Shown here one piece after another: positions 59,510-64,000 of a stretch of DNA of 64,000 bases. The stretch lies in assembly GCA_963797555.1 (NCBI GenBank), contig CAWCPV010000007.1, positions 148,085 through 212,084 on the forward strand. The letters run 5' to 3'. The notes beneath the pieces are model-generated. The model searched no databases, was not told where the DNA came from, and worked only from the letters and a program-made list of their open reading frames with translations. Numbering within the stretch: the stretch's first letter is position 1; each line of letters opens with the position of its first letter. This DNA is from an uncultured Gammaproteobacteria bacterium. Its GTDB lineage: Bacteria; Pseudomonadota; Gammaproteobacteria; CAWCPV01. A program made the translations under genes and the position numbers.

Positions 59510-62500
59510 CTATTGGCCTTCGTGACCGCCAACTCCCCTTAGCGAAGCGATCTGGGCCTTAAGTTGTCTGGCATATGGGTGCTGGGGGACCTCGCGCAGC
59601 ACCCGGTCGATCAGCGGCTCGGCTTCCTCGAATCTGTCGACCGAGCACAGGCTGCCCGCGTATCCCACGGTGATCTCGGCGTTCTGCGGGTTCGCCTGCC
59701 AGAGGACCTGGTAGATCTCCACCGCGCGCCGGTACACCTGCTCCGCCTCGGCCTCCTGACCGGTATGGCTCAGCAGAAGCCCCAGGTTGTGCAACGCCGC
59801 GGCCAGGCCGTACCCGATGCGCGCATTATCGGGATTCGCCTGCCACAGCGCCTGGTAGATCTCCAACGCGTCCCGGTACACCTGCTCCGCCTCGGCCACC
59901 TGCCCGACCTCCAGCGCCAGGACCCCGAAAGTGCTCAGCACCGCGGCCAGGCCGTTGCCGATGTCCATGTTCTCGGGGCTCGCTTGCCACAGCGCCTGGT
60001 AGATCTCCAGCGCGCGCCGGTACGCCCGCACCGCCTCGGCCGCCTGCCCAGCATCCCTCAGCAGGTGTAGGTGTTCCCCAGATTGTACAGTGCCACGGCC
60101 AGGCCGTGGCCGATGTCAACGTTCTCGGGGCTCGCCTGCCATAGCGCCTCGTCGATCTCGACCGCACGCCGTGACGTCCGCACTGCCTCGGCCAACTGCC
60201 CAGCACCCTCAGCAGGATCCCCAGGTTGCTCAGCGCGGCGGCCAGCCTGTAGCCGACGCCCACATTCTGCGGGTTCGCCTGCCACAGGGCCTCGCCGATC
60301 TCCACCGCGCGGCGGCACGCCCGCTCCGCCTCGGCCGCCTGCCCGGCCTCCCTCAGCAGCATCCCCAGATTATTCAGCGTCATCGCCAGGCCCTTGCCGA
60401 TGTCCACATTCTCGGGGCTGGCTTGCCGCAGCGCCTCGCCGATCTCCACTGCGCGGCGCCACAACCGTTCCGCCTCGGCCACCTGCCCGGATCCCTCAGC
60501 AGCTTCCCCAAGTTGTTCAGGGACGCGCCCAAGCCGTCGCCGATGTCAACGTTCTCCGGATTCGCCTGCCACAGCGCCTCGCCAATCTCCACTGCGCTCC
60601 GGTGCACCCGTTCGGCCTCGGTCGCCCGCCCGGTATCCGCCAGCAGGGGCCCCAGGTTGGTCAGGGCCGCGGTCAGGCGGTCGCCGATGCCTCCGTCCTC
60701 GGGGCTCGCCTGCCACAGCGTCGAGGTCGATCTCCGCCGCGCGCCGGTACGTCCGCTCCGCCTCGGCCGCCTGCCCGGCGCCCGCCAGCAGGAGCCCCAG
60801 GCTGGTCAGTGCCCCGGCCAGGCGGTCGCCGATGCCCGCGTTCTCGGGGTTCGCCCGCGACAGCGCCTCGTAGATCGCGACGCAGGCCTGGTAGAAGGTC
60901 CTCGCCGCCAGGGCAAAAGGCGTGCTCGCCAACTGGGAGCCCGCGGCATGGAGCGCATCGGCGGATGCGGCCCCGCCCGTGCGCGTTAAGGCGCGAACGG
61001 TTGCCTCGGCCGCCGCGCTGCCCGTGTCCGGAACGTAGCCGCTCCGACCCCGCTCCACGAGGAAGGCAGTCAGGACTTCGCCCATCCACCCGGACGGCAG
61101 AGGCGTCCATGCTCCGAGCCCGGGTATGCTGCGGATCGTCTTCGTCCACGAGGGCGAGGTTTCGGCCAGCGTAGGTACCCACTCCAGCCGCCCCATGGCG
61201 GCCCAGTCCCGCAGAAGGAAGCCGAATGCGCCCGCATACTCCGGGAACACCCCGGCGGGCTGCGCTCGGCGCGTCCAGTAGGCCAGCTCGTCCTCCCCCG
61301 CGGGGCGGGCTGCGTCGAGATAGCGGTAGATCAGATACTCTGCCACGGCCTCGAACAAGAAGCGGTAGCCGCCTCCCTCCTCGCGCACCCGCTTGGCGAT
61401 GAGCCCCTCATGGGCCATCGCTTCGACGGGGCTGAGGGAGAGCCGGGCCTCCTCGGCGGACCGCGCCTCCGCCCAGGCGCGCCGGATAGCATTGCAGTCG
61501 TCGTCGCCGAGATCGGCGCTGGCGCGTCCCAGGTCGCCCAGGAGGTGTGCCACCACCGCCTCGATGCTTTCCTTCAGGCCGGGATGGTCGGCCACCGCGC
61601 GCTCGACGTAGCGGCGAAACAGGGCGGGCACGGTGGTCAGCGCTTCCGCCTCCCTCCCGTCGAAGGTCTCCATGAAGAGATGCAGGTAGAGCGGGTTGGT
61701 GAGGAGCGCGCGTGTCGCCTCCGGCAGTCCATTCCAGGCGGTGCGGCAGCCGGGAATGGGGCCGCGCCCCGCGGCGGCCGGCTGTCCGGCAGCCGCCTGG
61801 TACCGCCGGTAGACCTCGGCGGCCTGCCCCGCGGTGAGGGGCTCCAGCGTCAGCACCGGCGGGCCCGGCTGCCGCGGCCCTTCCTGCGGCTCGGCGACGT
61901 AGAGCCAGGGCCGCAGCCCTTCGAGCCGGCTCGTCTCCTGGGCGCCCATCTTGCCCGACCAGATGGCGAGCCACTCCTGGCGGGTCGAGATCACCATCTT
62001 GCACCAGGGGAAGCGCGCGGCCGTGGCAATCATCTCCAGAGCCTCGTCGACCACCTTCCCCGCGTAAGGGGCCTCGTTGAGCGCGTCCAGCACCAGGATC
62101 AGGCGCCTCCCTTCCACCCGGTCGTCTTTCCAGCGCCCGTGCAGATGCTGTAGCAGTTCGGCGAAAAGACTGAAGCCCGCCGTTGCCGAGGGCTTTGGCT
62201 TATCGCGCGTCTCGGCCGGGGTGACCGCGAGACCGAGCTTCTCGGCCACATCGCGGAACAACGATATGCCTTCGGCGCGGAGCGCCACGCCGTCGCCGCG
62301 CAGGAAGAGCACGAGGTTCGGGTTCTCGCGCCGGGCATCGGCCCGGTCGACGGCCGTGAGCCTCTCCACCTGCCGTGCGAGGAACGCGGTCTTCCCCGAT
62401 CCCGCGAGCCCCGTCAGCACCAGGCCGTTCACGCAGCGGGCGCGGCTCGTGTCCGCGGCCCAGCGCTCGGGATCGGGCACGCGCAGGAAGCGCTCGAAGT

Positions 62501-63602
62501 GGCGCTCGAGGTCTTCGAACGGCACGTAGCACACGGGGAAATACTTCTGCCCGATGAGATCGTCCAGGGTGCGCCGGGAGTAATCCGCCGCGCTGTCGGC
62601 GATGGTCCAGGGGTAAGTGTGCTCCTTGCTCAGGAAGAAGCTGATGTGCCGGGCTGCGAGCAATTCTTTCAGCCGCTCGCAGGCAGGACTATCCGCGGCA
62701 CGGTGGTGCGTGCCCAGGTAGTAGATGTAGCTCCGCTCTTCCAACCGCTGCTTGGTTTCGACCCGAATCCCGTAGTGTCCGTCATAGAGATAAAGCGGCT
62801 CCTGCTCGGTCAGCGGATTGAACAGGGGATAGAGGGGCACCGGCGCGGCTCCCGGAAAGGTCAGCACTGCGCGCGACTGCTCCAGGGCCTCGATCAGCTC
62901 ATCCGACAGCGCCTCTTCGGCCGGATCGCGCAGCCGGGCGCCCCGCAGCCGGCGCAACCTGGCGCGGCCGGTGGCGAGAGCCTCCATACCATCGAGTCCC
63001 ACCAGCAGGTCGGCGTCGCCCAGGAAGTCGAAGGCCGCGAGCACCTCATGCAACACGGGCAGGTACTGCTCTAGGTGGCGCGCCGCCTCCTCTTCGTCCG
63101 CGAGCCCGCCGTGGGCGGTTTCGTTCCGCAGCGCCAGGATCGCCTCGAGCGGATTGAGACTGGTGCGCCCGCGCAACCCCACAGGCCGCTCCGCGGTCCG
63201 CCCGAGTGCCTTGAGAGCTTCCCCAAGTCGCGGGAACAGGGGCTCGATGCCGACCCGCGGCAGGTGCCGGCTCAAGGCCCCGGCGAGCGCGATCCAGTCG
63301 CTGAAAAACGGCGAGCGGATCGCCGCTATGGCCCGATTGAGCGCCGAGACGCCCTTCTGGGCGGATGTGTCGATGTCTTCCCGCAGGTACTGACCGACCA
63401 GCGGCAGGCACACCATCCTGAGCAACTGGTATTCGGTGAAGCAGAGCGCCCAGCGGCGGATCGACGGCGGCCGCTCGTGCTCGTCGAACATGAGCGAGTA
63501 CGGGTAAGCGACGGGATACGGAAAGTCATCAAGGACACGCTGGTTGGGTTCGACCATATCTTGCCTCTCTGAGCGAGTCGCCGCCGGCTTTATGGTATCC
63601 AC
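59510..63602 (-). CDS. NLR-like STAND NTPase: unknown ~400-aa N-terminal domain + NACHT P-loop + C-terminal TPR array (the array has multiple apparent frameshifts between 59510 and ~60700)
   Basis: ORF 60546..63602 has Walker A GLVLTGLAGSGKTAFL and Walker B-like LILVLDALNEA. TPR units continue in ORFs 59826..60482 and 59510..60031 in other frames. Confidence 0.65.
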
Positions 63603-63945
63603 TCAACGCGTTTTCTGCCCCGGTTTCGCTTTCGAACCGGGCCTGACCGTCCTTCACGCGAACCCAGAATGTGCGGGGCCGCGCCGCGTTCCGCTCGCTA
63701 CAATCCCAGCAGGCGGCGGACGTGCGGATGGCGGTTTTCCTAGCGGGGGGACAGGGCCAGCTTTCATCCGCTCCTTTGGAGCGCGTAGCTCCGACTTCGA
63801 GGCTCCAAACTCCGGCGTCGAGGTTCGGGGAAATAACAGGGGACGGCCCCGGGGCAGACCCCTATTGTGTCCCCCCTCTCCGCCTGCCCGTTGTGTATCA
63901 TAGACTCATATCGTACTCACCCGACGTACTCCCATGACCAGTCAG

Positions 63946-64000
63946 AGCAAACGGGCGAACTTCGACGTGACGCCTGAACAGGAGGCGCGCCTCAGCGCCG
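63946..64000 (+). CDS. Start of a small ORF (MTSQSKRANFDVTPEQEARLSA...), possibly a ribbon-helix-helix protein; 3' partial
   Basis: ATG at 63946; the N-terminal beta-strand-like KRANFDV..E.E.RL pattern resembles CopG/ParD-type RHH. Only 18 codons are in the window. Confidence 0.25.

Noticed and set aside
59510-60900. Highly periodic DNA (about 126-bp period), briefly considered as a CRISPR-like or other non-coding tandem array
   Set aside because: The repeats are long, GC-rich and translate into canonical TPR units continuous with the NACHT protein. There are no short unique spacers. This is a coding tandem repeat.
1-64000. tRNA, rRNA or CRISPR features
   Set aside because: No cloverleaf-compatible approximately 76-nt segments with GTTC-type T-loops, no rRNA-like conserved stretches and no repeat-spacer arrays were seen by eye. 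Absence is not proven without a dedicated scan.

Overview
High-GC (about 65-68%) proteobacterial-type chromosomal window with two halves. Left (1-15.2 kb): a cell-envelope glycan (LPS core / O-antigen-like) biosynthesis cluster with five GT4 glycosyltransferases, an AsnB-like amidotransferase, a sulfotransferase, a GT9 heptosyltransferase, a Wzy_C/O-antigen-ligase-family membrane protein and msbA. Middle (15.4-27.9 kb): housekeeping and signalling genes (NamZ/DUF1343, M48 peptidase, SH3 protein, CHASE2 class-III nucleotidyl cyclase, an HprK-like P-loop protein) and a tandem pair of bacterial dynamin-like GTPases. Right (28-64 kb): a mobile-element-rich accessory island. It holds a Phd/VapC module, a RES toxin gene next to an IS1380-like element, and a sacsin-like GHKL ATPase + DUF3883 gene split by an IS66-like element. 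Two inverted IS66-like copies bracket a 14.6-kb segment carrying redox enzymes, a bufferin-like MNIO RiPP operon (DUF2282-DUF692-DUF2063-DoxX), aqpZ, a lactonase and a DsrE-like gene. Further right are an IS200 remnant, a group II intron fragment, a REP/RAYT 'REPtron', an IS50-like element with a perfect 9-bp TSD, and an NLR-like NACHT-TPR STAND NTPase. About 20 otherwise well-conserved genes show single apparent frameshifts, which points to consensus indel errors and/or real pseudogenes. No rRNA, tRNA or CRISPR array was recognised.
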